A DNA stretch of 64,000 nucleotides from Candidatus Dojkabacteria bacterium (lineage in GTDB: Bacteria > Patescibacteriota > Dojkabacteria > B142 > WJKM01): assembly GCA_014729085.1 (NCBI GenBank), contig WJKM01000016.1, forward strand, positions 36,598-100,597. The letters are read 5' to 3'. Below, piece after piece: positions 50,557 through 59,631 of the stretch. The position numbers were made by a program, and so were the translations under genes. The notes under the pieces are model-generated. The model had not been told where the DNA came from, did no database searches, and worked only from the letters and a program-made list of their open reading frames with translations. Numbering within the stretch: position 1 is the first letter of the stretch; every line of letters starts with the position of its first letter.

Positions 50557-51189
50557 TTATTTCAAAACATCAATATCTCCAGTTTTTTTATCTATGTGAA
50601 TTTGAAATTCATATTTTAGGACAAAGCATTCATTTGTACATAGTTCATGCTCAGCTTGATAAGATGCTTTATAGATATTTTGATTCTCTATTTCATTAGA
50701 AAGGCAGATCGTTGCTCCTAGATGTTGATATGTTTGGATTACTCCGCTTCTAATTAAGAATTCAGAAACTTCTCGAGGAGTGAGTTCTTTGAATTCGAGT
50801 TCCTTGTAAGTTCCAATTCTTGTTTTCTCCATTTTGTCGCCTGTTACATTTGTGACTTTGAGTTTTTCAAAATAGTTAAAATTTATATATACTTCGTTCT
50901 CATTAAATGTTTTTATAAATAATAAAGGTCCTTTGTTCAAAGTTTTATTATAAGGTTTGTCAAGTGAAGAAGTTTTTATCCCTAGTTGAGAAACGGAGTC
51001 TCTTACTTCTCCTTTTTTTATAAAAGAGACGCTTTTATTTGTTACTTCATAAGTTTCTATACAGTCATTAAACCAATTTTGATCCTTTTGCATTGATCTG
51101 AAGATTACGAAACCAGCTACTCCAGATATGGTTAAGCACATTAGAAGTAAGAAAATTATTATGAAAACTAAGAATTTATTTTTTTTCAT
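50557..51189 (-). CDS. hypothetical membrane-anchored protein
   Basis: The 210-aa product has an N-terminal TM segment. Confidence 0.4.
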   Translation of the reverse strand: MKKNKFLVFIIIFLLLMCLTISGVAGFVIFRSMQKDQNWFNDCIETYEVTNKSVSFIKKGEVRDSVSQLGIKTSSLDKPYNKTLNKGPLLFIKTFNENEVYINFNYFEKLKVTNVTGDKMEKTRIGTYKELEFKELTPREVSEFLIRSGVIQTYQHLGATICLSNEIENQNIYKASYQAEHELCTNECFVLKYEFQIHIDKKTGDIDVLK

Positions 51190-51725
51190 ATTTAATTCTA
51201 TTTAGATCCTAATTTTATTTCTAAGAACATCAATTCTAAATATTATAACACCAATTTTAAAAATAGCAGATATTAATACTATAGATTTTTATATTTATTT
51301 CTAATCTAACTCTTTTATTGTATTTAATTTTTGGTGAATAATTATTAATATTGAATTTATTTGTTGCAACCTTTGGGTTTTAAGTATTTATATTGCTTGG
51401 CAGGATAATTGGTAGATTGTAGAAATAATGTTGATTAGCTTTATATTTAATAGTTATAATAATTAAAATTCACCTAAAATATCTTGCCAAAAAAAGAAAG
51501 ATCTCCCAGATTCAATAACAAGCAATTTACCTCAGCATGCTTCAGAAATATGAAAGGAGTCGTTTAATAGTGTTTGGGATGAGTATAAGGATTATGGAGA
51601 TATAAAATGAAATGATGAGAGGGAAACAACAGCAGTGAAAATTGCTTGGAGTATAGTAAAGAGAGAGTTTAAAAAGGTTGATGCATTCTAGATTCACATT
51701 TCGTTGCACTTACGTTCATCAAGAA

Positions 51726-51797
51726 AGCGAGCAACGGGAATCGAACCCGTATCCTCAGTTTGGAAAACTGATATAATAGCCGTTATACTATGCTCGC
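51726..51797 (-). tRNA. tRNA-Gly (anticodon UCC)
   Basis: On the minus strand the acceptor is GCGAGCA/TGCTCGC, the anticodon stem is TCAGT/ACTGA with loop TTTCCAA, the T-arm is ACGGG-TTCGATT-CCCGT, and U73 is the discriminator. Confidence 0.75.
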
Positions 51798-51904
51798 GTG
51801 TTTTCTTGTTAAAATACGTCAAATATTATACTTAGATTAACACAAATTCTCAAGAATTTGATACAATTATTAAGCAAATTTGAAAATATAATAGAAATTA
51901 TTTA

Positions 51905-51924
51905 CGGAGCGTAGTTCAGTTGGC
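51905..51924 (+). other. orphan 5' fragment of tRNA-Pro (nt 1-20), continued after the tandem repeats by TAGAACGCAC at 52081..52090 (nt 21-30)
   Basis: The first 30 nt of the intact tRNA-Pro at 52342 are reproduced exactly, split by the repeat insertion. Confidence 0.7.
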
Positions 51925-52080
51925 CTGCCCGACTGAGGTGAGTAGTTTAATAATAAATAATGTCGTTCAGGCGGGCCTGCCCGACTGAGGTGAGTAGTTT
52001 AATAATAAATAATGTCGTTCAGGCGGGCCTGCCCGACTGAGGTGAGTAATTCAATAATAAATAATGTCGTTCAGGCGGGC
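51925..52080 (+). repeat. three tandem 52-bp units, each with ~10-bp terminal inverted repeats (CTGCCCGACTG ... CAGGCGGGC)
   Basis: The period is exactly 52 bp. Units 1 and 2 are identical and unit 3 differs at 3 positions. The GC-rich ends can pair as hairpins across the junctions. Confidence 0.8.
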
Positions 52081-52100
52081 TAGAACGCACAAGAAGTTAT

Positions 52101-52364
52101 ATGTATTATGTATACTTATTGATAAATAAGAAAAAGAGTTACAAATACGTTGGTATTACTAAAGATATTAAGAAAAGATTAAGAGATCATAACCAAGGAA
52201 AGACCAGATCTACAAAACCATATAGACCATTTGATAAAATAATAATTTTAGATAAATTAGAAAGTCGAAAAGAAGCAAGAGAAAGAGAGAAATATTTTAA
52301 GTCTGCAACAGGAAGAAAGAAAAGAGAATTAATATTAAATACGGAGCGTAGTTCAGTTGGCTAG
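52101..52364 (+). CDS. small GIY-YIG nuclease-family protein (YhbQ/UPF0213-like)
   Basis: MYYVYLLINKKKSYKYVGITKDIKKRLRDHNQG has the GIY-YIG core with Arg and Glu downstream. The 3' end and stop codon (TAG) lie inside the 5' end of tRNA-Pro. Confidence 0.65.
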   Translation: MYYVYLLINKKKSYKYVGITKDIKKRLRDHNQGKTRSTKPYRPFDKIIILDKLESRKEAREREKYFKSATGRKKRELILNTERSSVG

Positions 52365-52415
52365 AACGCACGGTTTGGGACCGTGAGGTCATCGGTTCAA
52401 GTCCGATCGCTCCGA
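52342..52415 (+). tRNA. tRNA-Pro (anticodon UGG)
   Basis: The acceptor is CGGAGCG/CGCTCCG (a C1:G72 pair) and the D-arm is GTTC-AGTTGGCTA-GAAC. The anticodon arm is CACGG-TTTGGGA-CCGTG and the T-arm is ATCGG-TTCAAGT-CCGAT. A73 is the discriminator. Confidence 0.85.
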
Positions 52416-52571
52416 CTTTTGTCTTTAAAATTCCCAAAACCCTATCCACTGCAAGGTGTATTTTTAATATTTGTCTCCCTCCAACGAATCACTCACCCAA
52501 CAAAATTTCCTATGTATATATATGATTTATCACCGTTTACAGTACTATGTGCGTGAAAATAAGTCATAAAA

Positions 52572-52775
52572 ATGTTAAGATCAAGTATCCATAAATTGAT
52601 ATCAAATTACGAAAAAATGAGCATAGAAAATATTGGCTATAATATAAAGAACATACGTATAGAAAAGGGATTGACTCAGGAGGATTTAGCAAGAAAAGCA
52701 GATATTCCGTTGTCTACGATAAGTAAGATTGAAAGTGGGGTGTTCAGGATTGTAATAATTATTTATGCTCTTTAA
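52572..52775 (+). CDS. small HTH-XRE family regulator
   Basis: IRIEKGLTQEDLARKADIPLSTISKIESG is a Cro/C1-type HTH. The true start may be the internal MSIEN at 52617. Confidence 0.55.
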   Translation: MLRSSIHKLISNYEKMSIENIGYNIKNIRIEKGLTQEDLARKADIPLSTISKIESGVFRIVIIIYAL

Positions 52776-52829
52776 ATGAATAGTAAAAAATGATTACAGT
52801 AAAAGTTAGAGATAAATCTAATAGTTGAC

Positions 52830-54713
52830 TTGAAAAGTATATATATTAAATTAATCTGTAAAGAAATTATACAAAAAATGGAGATGTTTAAAGAAATCAA
52901 AAATAGTCTTTTTAGAAATGGTAATAAGTTAGAAGATAACGAATCCTTTTCAATCAAAAAGGCTACAATTGGGAGTAAGGATATAAAGCTATCACCGAAC
53001 TCTATTGTGATTATTACAGGAGAGAATGGTGCAGGAAAGACTACATTATTAAACGAAATAAGTCGAAGTATCAAAACTAAGATTGAAGGAAAAATACTTA
53101 CATCCGTAGAATTAAATGACGTAAAACCATCGAATCTTGAGACCTATTTTTCACATAGGTTTTCTAGTAGATATTCTTCTGATTGGGGGGAATTCTGGGT
53201 ATATAAAGGAGGAGCGATTGCAAAAAAGGATATTGAAGCCTATTCTAACAATCCCTCAGATAAATATCTGACCACTGTAATAGAAGATACCAGTATAGAA
53301 AAAAATTTTAGTATTCAAGATAAAAATGTGCAAGATATAATTGAAAATTTTAAAGTTGAGTTTTTAGATACCACTAGTCGTTTAGAAATAACCCTCCCAA
53401 AAGATCGGTATGATATGAATAGTAATGAAACCTCTGAACACATTCATATATTACAAAAAGATAAAGAATTACTTGAGAATGTATCAGAAGCAATGAGGAA
53501 AACTTTCGGGAAAGGTATAGTTATTAATCAAGGTGGATCAAAGAAAGTATGGTTTCATTACGGTGAAATTACATCAAAGAATATTTCACCCATAAGTTCA
53601 GATTACCTAACTAAATTAAATAAACTTCCTTTATTACATCAACAAGGAGATGGTATCAAAGCTTTCATGGGAATTCTTTTATCTCTTTATTGTGGTAAAA
53701 CCCCATATTTATTTATAGATGAGCCAGATTTGTTTCTTCATCCCCCACAAGCAAGGCAACTTGGAGAATTGGTTGCTACAAGTGCATCATCGGAGAATAA
53801 AAATAGACAAATATTCCTAGCTACTCATTCAAAAGATTTTATTGAAGGGCTTATTAACACAGGTAGTAATGTGACTCTTGTCCGCCTTGGAGAAAAAAAC
53901 TCAAAAGGAGACGTTACGATTTATGAATCGAACAAATTAAAAAACATAGGGTCACGCGATTTCCTTAAATTTAGTGAATCAATAAATGGTCTCTTTTATA
54001 AAGGTATAGTATTATGCGAGGGAGGCGATGACTTAACATATTATAAATTCATCTCAAAGCTATATTACAAAGAAAAGAATCTTCCATTATCTAAAGAGCT
54101 ATTTTTTATTAATTGTGGAGGTAAAAGTGAGATTGTTAAATATGCCAATCTTTTAAGAGAGTTAGACATTAATTTCTCAATAATATTTGATATTGATATA
54201 CTTCGAAGTAAAGATTTACTAAAAAAACTAAGGAATTTATATATAGAATTTCCTTCAACTAAGGAAATAAATAAAACAGTCGCTGAACTAGAAAAGAAAG
54301 CATATGAAAAAATTAATAAAACACTAAACTTTGATTCACTAAAAAAGCTTGTTAAAAAATTTCATGATTCAATAGACCAAGAAAAGATGCCAGATAAGAA
54401 AGATGTCGAAGATTTTAATAAATTTATAGGAAACAAACGAAAATGGAAAGTTATAAAAGGATCAGGTAGTACAATTTTAACAGGCCACTCGATTACCGAT
54501 TGGCAAAAACTTATTGAAAATTTCAAGAAATTAGGTATTTTTATAGTACCAGTTGGAGAATTGGAATCTTGGGATAAAAAAGCTGGTAGTAAAAATAGTT
54601 CTAATTGGATTGAAAATGCTATTGATGGGAAAGATGAAGAATTTCTCGAAAAAAATAAAGAGCTAAATAAATTCATAAAGTACTTATTCCAATTTCATGA
54701 GATAGTGGAATAA
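52830..54713 (+). CDS. OLD-family nuclease (N-terminal ABC-type ATPase + C-terminal TOPRIM)
   Basis: Walker A is TGENGAGKTT, Walker B is LFIDEPDLFLHP and the H-loop is LATHS. The C-terminal TOPRIM has VLCEGGDD followed by FDIDIL acidic motifs. Confidence 0.65.
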   Translation: MKSIYIKLICKEIIQKMEMFKEIKNSLFRNGNKLEDNESFSIKKATIGSKDIKLSPNSIVIITGENGAGKTTLLNEISRSIKTKIEGKILTSVELNDVKPSNLETYFSHRFSSRYSSDWGEFWVYKGGAIAKKDIEAYSNNPSDKYLTTVIEDTSIEKNFSIQDKNVQDIIENFKVEFLDTTSRLEITLPKDRYDMNSNETSEHIHILQKDKELLENVSEAMRKTFGKGIVINQGGSKKVWFHYGEITSKNISPISSDYLTKLNKLPLLHQQGDGIKAFMGILLSLYCGKTPYLFIDEPDLFLHPPQARQLGELVATSASSENKNRQIFLATHSKDFIEGLINTGSNVTLVRLGEKNSKGDVTIYESNKLKNIGSRDFLKFSESINGLFYKGIVLCEGGDDLTYYKFISKLYYKEKNLPLSKELFFINCGGKSEIVKYANLLRELDINFSIIFDIDILRSKDLLKKLRNLYIEFPSTKEINKTVAELEKKAYEKINKTLNFDSLKKLVKKFHDSIDQEKMPDKKDVEDFNKFIGNKRKWKVIKGSGSTILTGHSITDWQKLIENFKKLGIFIVPVGELESWDKKAGSKNSSNWIENAIDGKDEEFLEKNKELNKFIKYLFQFHEIVE

Positions 54714-55475
54714 AATATATCTAAACAGATAATTAAGAGGTCTAGTTATTGAGAAAGTTTATTCATATACATAGATAAATTACCTAGTACGTAACATATT
54801 GATTAAACCTCCTCTCAAAATTAAACCACATCTCAATAGGCGAGAAGATAGACCAATAATCCAGTTTCGTAAGCATGACCCTCAGCTCCGATCAGATGCT
54901 ACAAAATCCCATTATATCGAGCTAACCACATGTGTCACGCCTATACATCTAATTATATATTTTTCATAAAAGTGCTAGTAAATACACATTATTTATCAAA
55001 ATGAACAAAAAACTATCTATACGAAAAAAGAGAAACTTTAAAATTATGGAGCTCTTATTTGCAATAGAACTAATACCTTCAAATTTTCTATATATTGCAA
55101 TAAGTACAATTGTTAGGTGAGGAGATGGCAACAACCTCGTTCAAGAGTATTACATTGATTCCTCTTTGATATTCTGAAATCTCAGGAATTTGTGGAGTAT
55201 TATCCTTTTCGTATCTTTTCTACATGATGCTATATGACTATTTTAAAAATTCTCTCACCCGAAGATTGCTTTATAGTATATCTTTTTTTGGGGGGGGTAA
55301 TACTGTCATTTAGATTTTTTACAAAAAATTTTATGAAATACACAAGTGATTACATTCTAATAACGTATCTAACTTAACTTGACAAACAGGGAAGTGAAGT
55401 ATAGTATATTTATTGTAGATTGCAGGAATTTCATAAGCTATAATTAAGACACTCATAAAAACAATAAATAATAAA

Positions 55476-57530
55476 AAAAAGACCATAACACTTTTAATAA
55501 TATCGGCCGTCGCTTTAATTTCTATTTATTCGCTGTGGTACATATCTAATCATAATGTTGCACCCAAAGACTCTAATGCATCAACAGAAAACCTTGAACG
55601 AAACTGGTTATATAAAAAATCAATAACTATTGACAATCCCACCTCAACAGAAGTTAACGACTACGCATTAAAGGTTAATTTATCTGATATACAAAAGTAT
55701 CTTAAGTCAGATTGTGGAGACTTAAGATTTACTGATAGTAATAACAATATATTAAATTATTGGATAAGAAAATGTGATGATTCAGGAGTTATTGCTCATG
55801 TAAAGGTTGATCTGAAAGCAGACAAAAATACTGATCCAATAAATGTTTATTATGGGAATAATTCTGCTGAAAGCAAATCTAATGGGAAAATGACATTTGA
55901 TTACTTTGAAGACTTTGACAACTTTAACCCTACTGTAAAATTCGGATTAATAACAGATTTACATCATGACACCAATAATAAGAATTATTGGAAAGGCATG
56001 GACTTAGAAAAACAATACCTCATGAACGCACGTCCAAAGTTACGTAACTTTATCAACAGTATGAATAATTGGGAAGCTAACTTTATAGTAAATCTTGGTG
56101 ACTTTATTACAGCAGAAAATTATAATACGCATTATGGTGGATTGGCTATTAATGAATCAGTAGAATTACCTGAACAAGCATTCAAGGCTTTACAGGAAAT
56201 GGAGAATGAGTACCAGAAATTCGATGGTAATAGATATTATGTTCATAGCAACCATGAATTTTATAACTTGAGCCTGTCCGATATACATGGGAAGAATCAC
56301 ATATTGTGTAGTAAAAATCCAGAATTGCCCTGCGGTATTGGTGGTCAGGGAGCAACATTAAACCAATCTAATGGCATTAACCAATCATATTATTCATTTG
56401 ATAGAGGAGGCGTTCATTTCGTGCTAATTGACTTACAATATAAGCCTCATACAAATATTCACAGAGGCCCTGAAGGTGAATCCGATTATGGAATCAACTA
56501 CATGAATAAAGATCAATTGAACTGGCTTAAAAATGACTTATCTGATACAAGAAGTCCAATAATCATTTTTTCTCCTACAAGAATTGATGATACTGATTAT
56601 CTCTCCGATGAAGAATGCGACACATCAGATATTATTGAATATTGTACGAACTATGAAGAAAATCCTTCCCTTGCTACAAGTCAATGTAAGGATTTTTATC
56701 AATATAGAAATGTAGTCAATAAAGACGAAATTCAGTCAGTAATAGCAGATAATAATGATAGAGTCCTAGCGGTTTTCCAGGGAAATGAACATTTAAATAC
56801 AAGAGCGATTCAGGACGGGGTACACTACATTACAGTGAATGCTGCTGATCAGGAAAACACCTGGTTCGTAAATTACCTGAAAGTTGAAATTGATCCAGTA
56901 TCCAAACTTATTTCAGTTATTAGTGGTAATTCTCCTCAAAGTACTTATTCAATAACTTATAACGATGGCTATATGGAATTGAAAAATAACACAGAAGCAA
57001 CCTATTTACCATCATTACTACCAACAAAGAATCACTTGGAAGACGACATGATCGTAGAAGCCGAATGGGAAATAACAAATAATAATGCTAATACAGGCAA
57101 ACAGTTTGCAATAGGCTATTGGAGAGATGCGGATTTTTTAAAAATTAGACATAGGTGTGCCACAACTCCAAGACCGCGAGAATATACACTCACAAGTGTA
57201 CGTAAATTGGATTCATATTATATGGGAGAAGGTTTTGGTGTTGAAACAGTTATTAACTCGAAAAGTTACAAAAATTCAATAGATTTAAAAAATACTGCTG
57301 ATTCTGGTCATCTGTGGTTGCATTACTCCAATGATACACTCAAATCTTGGTTCAGGTCTTCCCAAGGGGGAGGATTTCTTGGCGAGAATAAATACCCACA
57401 TATTCCTAAAGATGTTCTTTATCCCGGTGCTTGGGTCTTTAATAAAACTAATGCCAAGGTTGATTATTTTATTGTTCGTAAAACGGTTCAAGACGAAAAC
57501 AATGAAGAACCTCTTGGCTCATTGAATTAA
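55476..57530 (+). CDS. secreted or membrane-anchored DUF2341-domain + calcineurin-like metallophosphoesterase protein; start codon unresolved
   Basis: Downstream of the listed ATG (55890) are GLITDLHHD, NLGDFI and VHSNHEF, the DxH/GDxx/GNHE metallophosphatase motifs. The in-frame upstream sequence encodes a signal anchor (TFNNISAVALISIYSLWYIS) and a DUF2341-like segment (WLYKKSITIDNP...GDLRFTD...VYYGN). There is no ATG/GTG/TTG before the stop at 55473. Confidence 0.5.
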   Translation, partial: KKTITLLIISAVALISIYSLWYISNHNVAPKDSNASTENLERNWLYKKSITIDNPTSTEVNDYALKVNLSDIQKYLKSDCGDLRFTDSNNNILNYWIRKCDDSGVIAHVKVDLKADKNTDPINVYYGNNSAESKSNGKMTFDYFEDFDNFNPTVKFGLITDLHHDTNNKNYWKGMDLEKQYLMNARPKLRNFINSMNNWEANFIVNLGDFITAENYNTHYGGLAINESVELPEQAFKALQEMENEYQKFDGNRYYVHSNHEFYNLSLSDIHGKNHILCSKNPELPCGIGGQGATLNQSNGINQSYYSFDRGGVHFVLIDLQYKPHTNIHRGPEGESDYGINYMNKDQLNWLKNDLSDTRSPIIIFSPTRIDDTDYLSDEECDTSDIIEYCTNYEENPSLATSQCKDFYQYRNVVNKDEIQSVIADNNDRVLAVFQGNEHLNTRAIQDGVHYITVNAADQENTWFVNYLKVEIDPVSKLISVISGNSPQSTYSITYNDGYMELKNNTEATYLPSLLPTKNHLEDDMIVEAEWEITNNNANTGKQFAIGYWRDADFLKIRHRCATTPRPREYTLTSVRKLDSYYMGEGFGVETVINSKSYKNSIDLKNTADSGHLWLHYSNDTLKSWFRSSQGGGFLGENKYPHIPKDVLYPGAWVFNKTNAKVDYFIVRKTVQDENNEEPLGSLN

Positions 57531-57976
57531 CTAATAATTTTCAAATCGGATATCGATGATTACATATGATAAACTACTATCACTACTAAATTAGTTGCAC
57601 ATTTTTTTGCAAAACCCAACTTAAACTATAGGACTAGTCAGATAGGGAAAAAGCTCTGTTTGATACAATCAAATATGATTTTAAGAAAAAGTCGAAATCG
57701 GATATGTATAATATAAAAAAATCCTCATCTTAAAATATTAATTGCCATAGCTCTGTTTCTACTAGTTTACTTTTTATATCCTGTTAAAGTCGAATGTGGC
57801 TATCCTAATGCTGAATGCGATAAAACACCAAATGAAGATAAACTTGTTGAGATTAAATCAGATATTGAGCCCAGGTTTATATTTCTAATTGAGAGATGGC
57901 TTAAAAAGATACGTTAATTAAGTATAAAACTATTATTGATGAATATGATGCATTCCTCTTTTGGGAGAAAGGAAAC

Positions 57977-58207
57977 ATGATTTCTAAGGAGGACGTAACA
58001 AATGAACTAGAAATGTTTGGAAGTATAGACAGAGATACAATGTATATTTTATTTGGGGTTCCAGATGATGAATATATTAATAATGGAGTTACTTATATTT
58101 ATAAACAGGCGGATGGATCGATAGTTATGTTCGTTTTTGACAATGATATGAAGGATGCTGAAGTTCTCCACGTAAGAAAAGATGGTTTTGAAGAGACTTG
58201 GAATTAA
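57977..58207 (+). CDS. small hypothetical protein
   Basis: It is a 76-aa ORF and I recognise no family. Confidence 0.3.
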   Translation: MISKEDVTNELEMFGSIDRDTMYILFGVPDDEYINNGVTYIYKQADGSIVMFVFDNDMKDAEVLHVRKDGFEETWN

Positions 58208-58502
58208 AAACCTAATGAAATATCTGTCAAAAATCCCCACTTATATTCCAGCTCTTCTATATGTGCTAAAATATCGTTGAGTAATTTGGAAATGTGTTCA
58301 TCTGCCCGCCTCTGGAGGGTAATGCGTCCAGTACCTCCGATTTTACTATCCAATCAAAAAGTTTCTACTTTCAATCGCAACCCCTTTTTCCAGCATCGAA
58401 GGATTTGAATTTTTATCTGATATTTATTTTCTACTATCATTTAATACGAGTTCTTTTAAGCTACTTCTACATATTCAAATTAAATCCTGATAAAATTAAT
58501 AT

Positions 58503-58830
58503 ATGGATGATGATAAGAAATGCGTAAAAATGGCTATAGATCTAGCTATTAAGTCCTACAACAAAGGAGTCTTTCCTTCCGGAGCGCTACTTGTATGCAA
58601 CGAGAAAATTATTTCCGAACATCTTGCTTCTTCCTCTTTAAATGCTCATCACCATTCTAATTCAAAGTGTATGGATGAAGCAGTAGAGATGCTTGGGAAA
58701 AAATTAGAAGGATGCCCTTTTATTCTTCTATGGAGCCTTGTGTTATGTGTCTGGTAAAAGCATATTGGTGTGGTTTAAGGCGTTCAGTTTTTGCAGTAAG
58801 TAAAAAAGTGCACTTCCAATAAAGTATTGT
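58503..58830 (+). pseudogene. frameshifted CDA-fold (TadA/cytidine-deaminase-like) deaminase remnant
   Basis: In the listed frame the N-terminal part is deaminase-like (AIDLAIKSYNKGVFPSGALLV). The zinc-binding MEPCVMCLVKAYWCGLRRSVFAV lies in a different frame around 58720..58820. The HAE motif is degraded. Confidence 0.5.
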
Positions 58831-58999
58831 TACATAACTAGCCAAAGCAATAAAGAGCTGATGGAAGGATTTAATGAAGAGATAGAGATGAGCCGCATTG
58901 AGGAATTGGAAGGCGAAATATTGCCAACAATTTTAAATTAGATAAAAGGCATACAGACAAAAAGCTAATCATCATACAGATTTTATATTAATTTTTATA

Positions 59000-59554
59000 G
59001 TGACTTATATGACAGAAAAAACATATGAGAATAAAAAGAAATATTTAATAATTATAGGCATTGGCTTTGCGGTTTTGTGTCTGTGTATTTTTTCGATAAT
59101 TGGAATTTTTTACAAAATAAGTGGCTGGGGTAAGTGCAGATTGGGCGAACAATTGTATCTTAAAGGATCCATAAATGAGACATGTGCAAGAATTGGTACA
59201 AAAATAGATCCTCTTCCTGATTCTTCTGCAGGGAAACTGACAATAACAGTGACTCCATGGACGGGGTGGGACGATGGAGCGCTTGACCAGGAGGTTTTTA
59301 CATACAAAATATCATCTGCAGATGATTATGAACTGCCTGAATTGGAGAAATTCAAAATCATAAAGCACAACAAATCCGAAATAGAAATAAAGATTGATAA
59401 TTTAGCAGTTAAACAAGGAGCTGATTTGGACAAAACAGGAATTAACCTGAATGACTGTAAGGTTCAGACAGTAACTATTAAAAAAGGTGAGAGGATAGAA
59501 GCAGATACCTGCACAATGGATGGAGGAGTGAATTGGGAGATTAAGTATGAGTAA
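59000..59554 (+). CDS. hypothetical membrane-anchored protein
   Basis: The 184-aa product has an N-terminal TM segment. Confidence 0.4.
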   Translation: MTYMTEKTYENKKKYLIIIGIGFAVLCLCIFSIIGIFYKISGWGKCRLGEQLYLKGSINETCARIGTKIDPLPDSSAGKLTITVTPWTGWDDGALDQEVFTYKISSADDYELPELEKFKIIKHNKSEIEIKIDNLAVKQGADLDKTGINLNDCKVQTVTIKKGERIEADTCTMDGGVNWEIKYE

Positions 59555-59631
59555 AAATAATCATTAGTGGTAAATAAAAGTTTCTCTCTTCATTCTAATC
59601 GAGTCAAACAATTTTTATTAGTATTCAAATT

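Noticed and set aside
51726-51797. The minus-strand tRNA was first read as tRNA-Trp (CCA).
   Set aside because: The alternative anticodon-stem register does not base-pair. The register with stem TCAGT/ACTGA gives loop UUUCCAA and anticodon UCC (Gly). The U73 discriminator fits bacterial tRNA-Gly.
51925-52080. The tandem repeats at 51925..52080 could be a CRISPR array.
   Set aside because: The three 52-bp units are near-identical end to end and have no unique spacers. There are no cas genes nearby and the units are bounded by their own inverted repeats. This fits a tandem MITE- or hairpin-like repeat, not a CRISPR.
54714-55475. A partner gene for the OLD nuclease (for example a helicase) could lie in the ORF-free 760 bp.
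   Set aside because: No reading frame longer than about 40 codons and no recognisable motif was found by eye. It may hold decayed remnants, but I cannot support a call.
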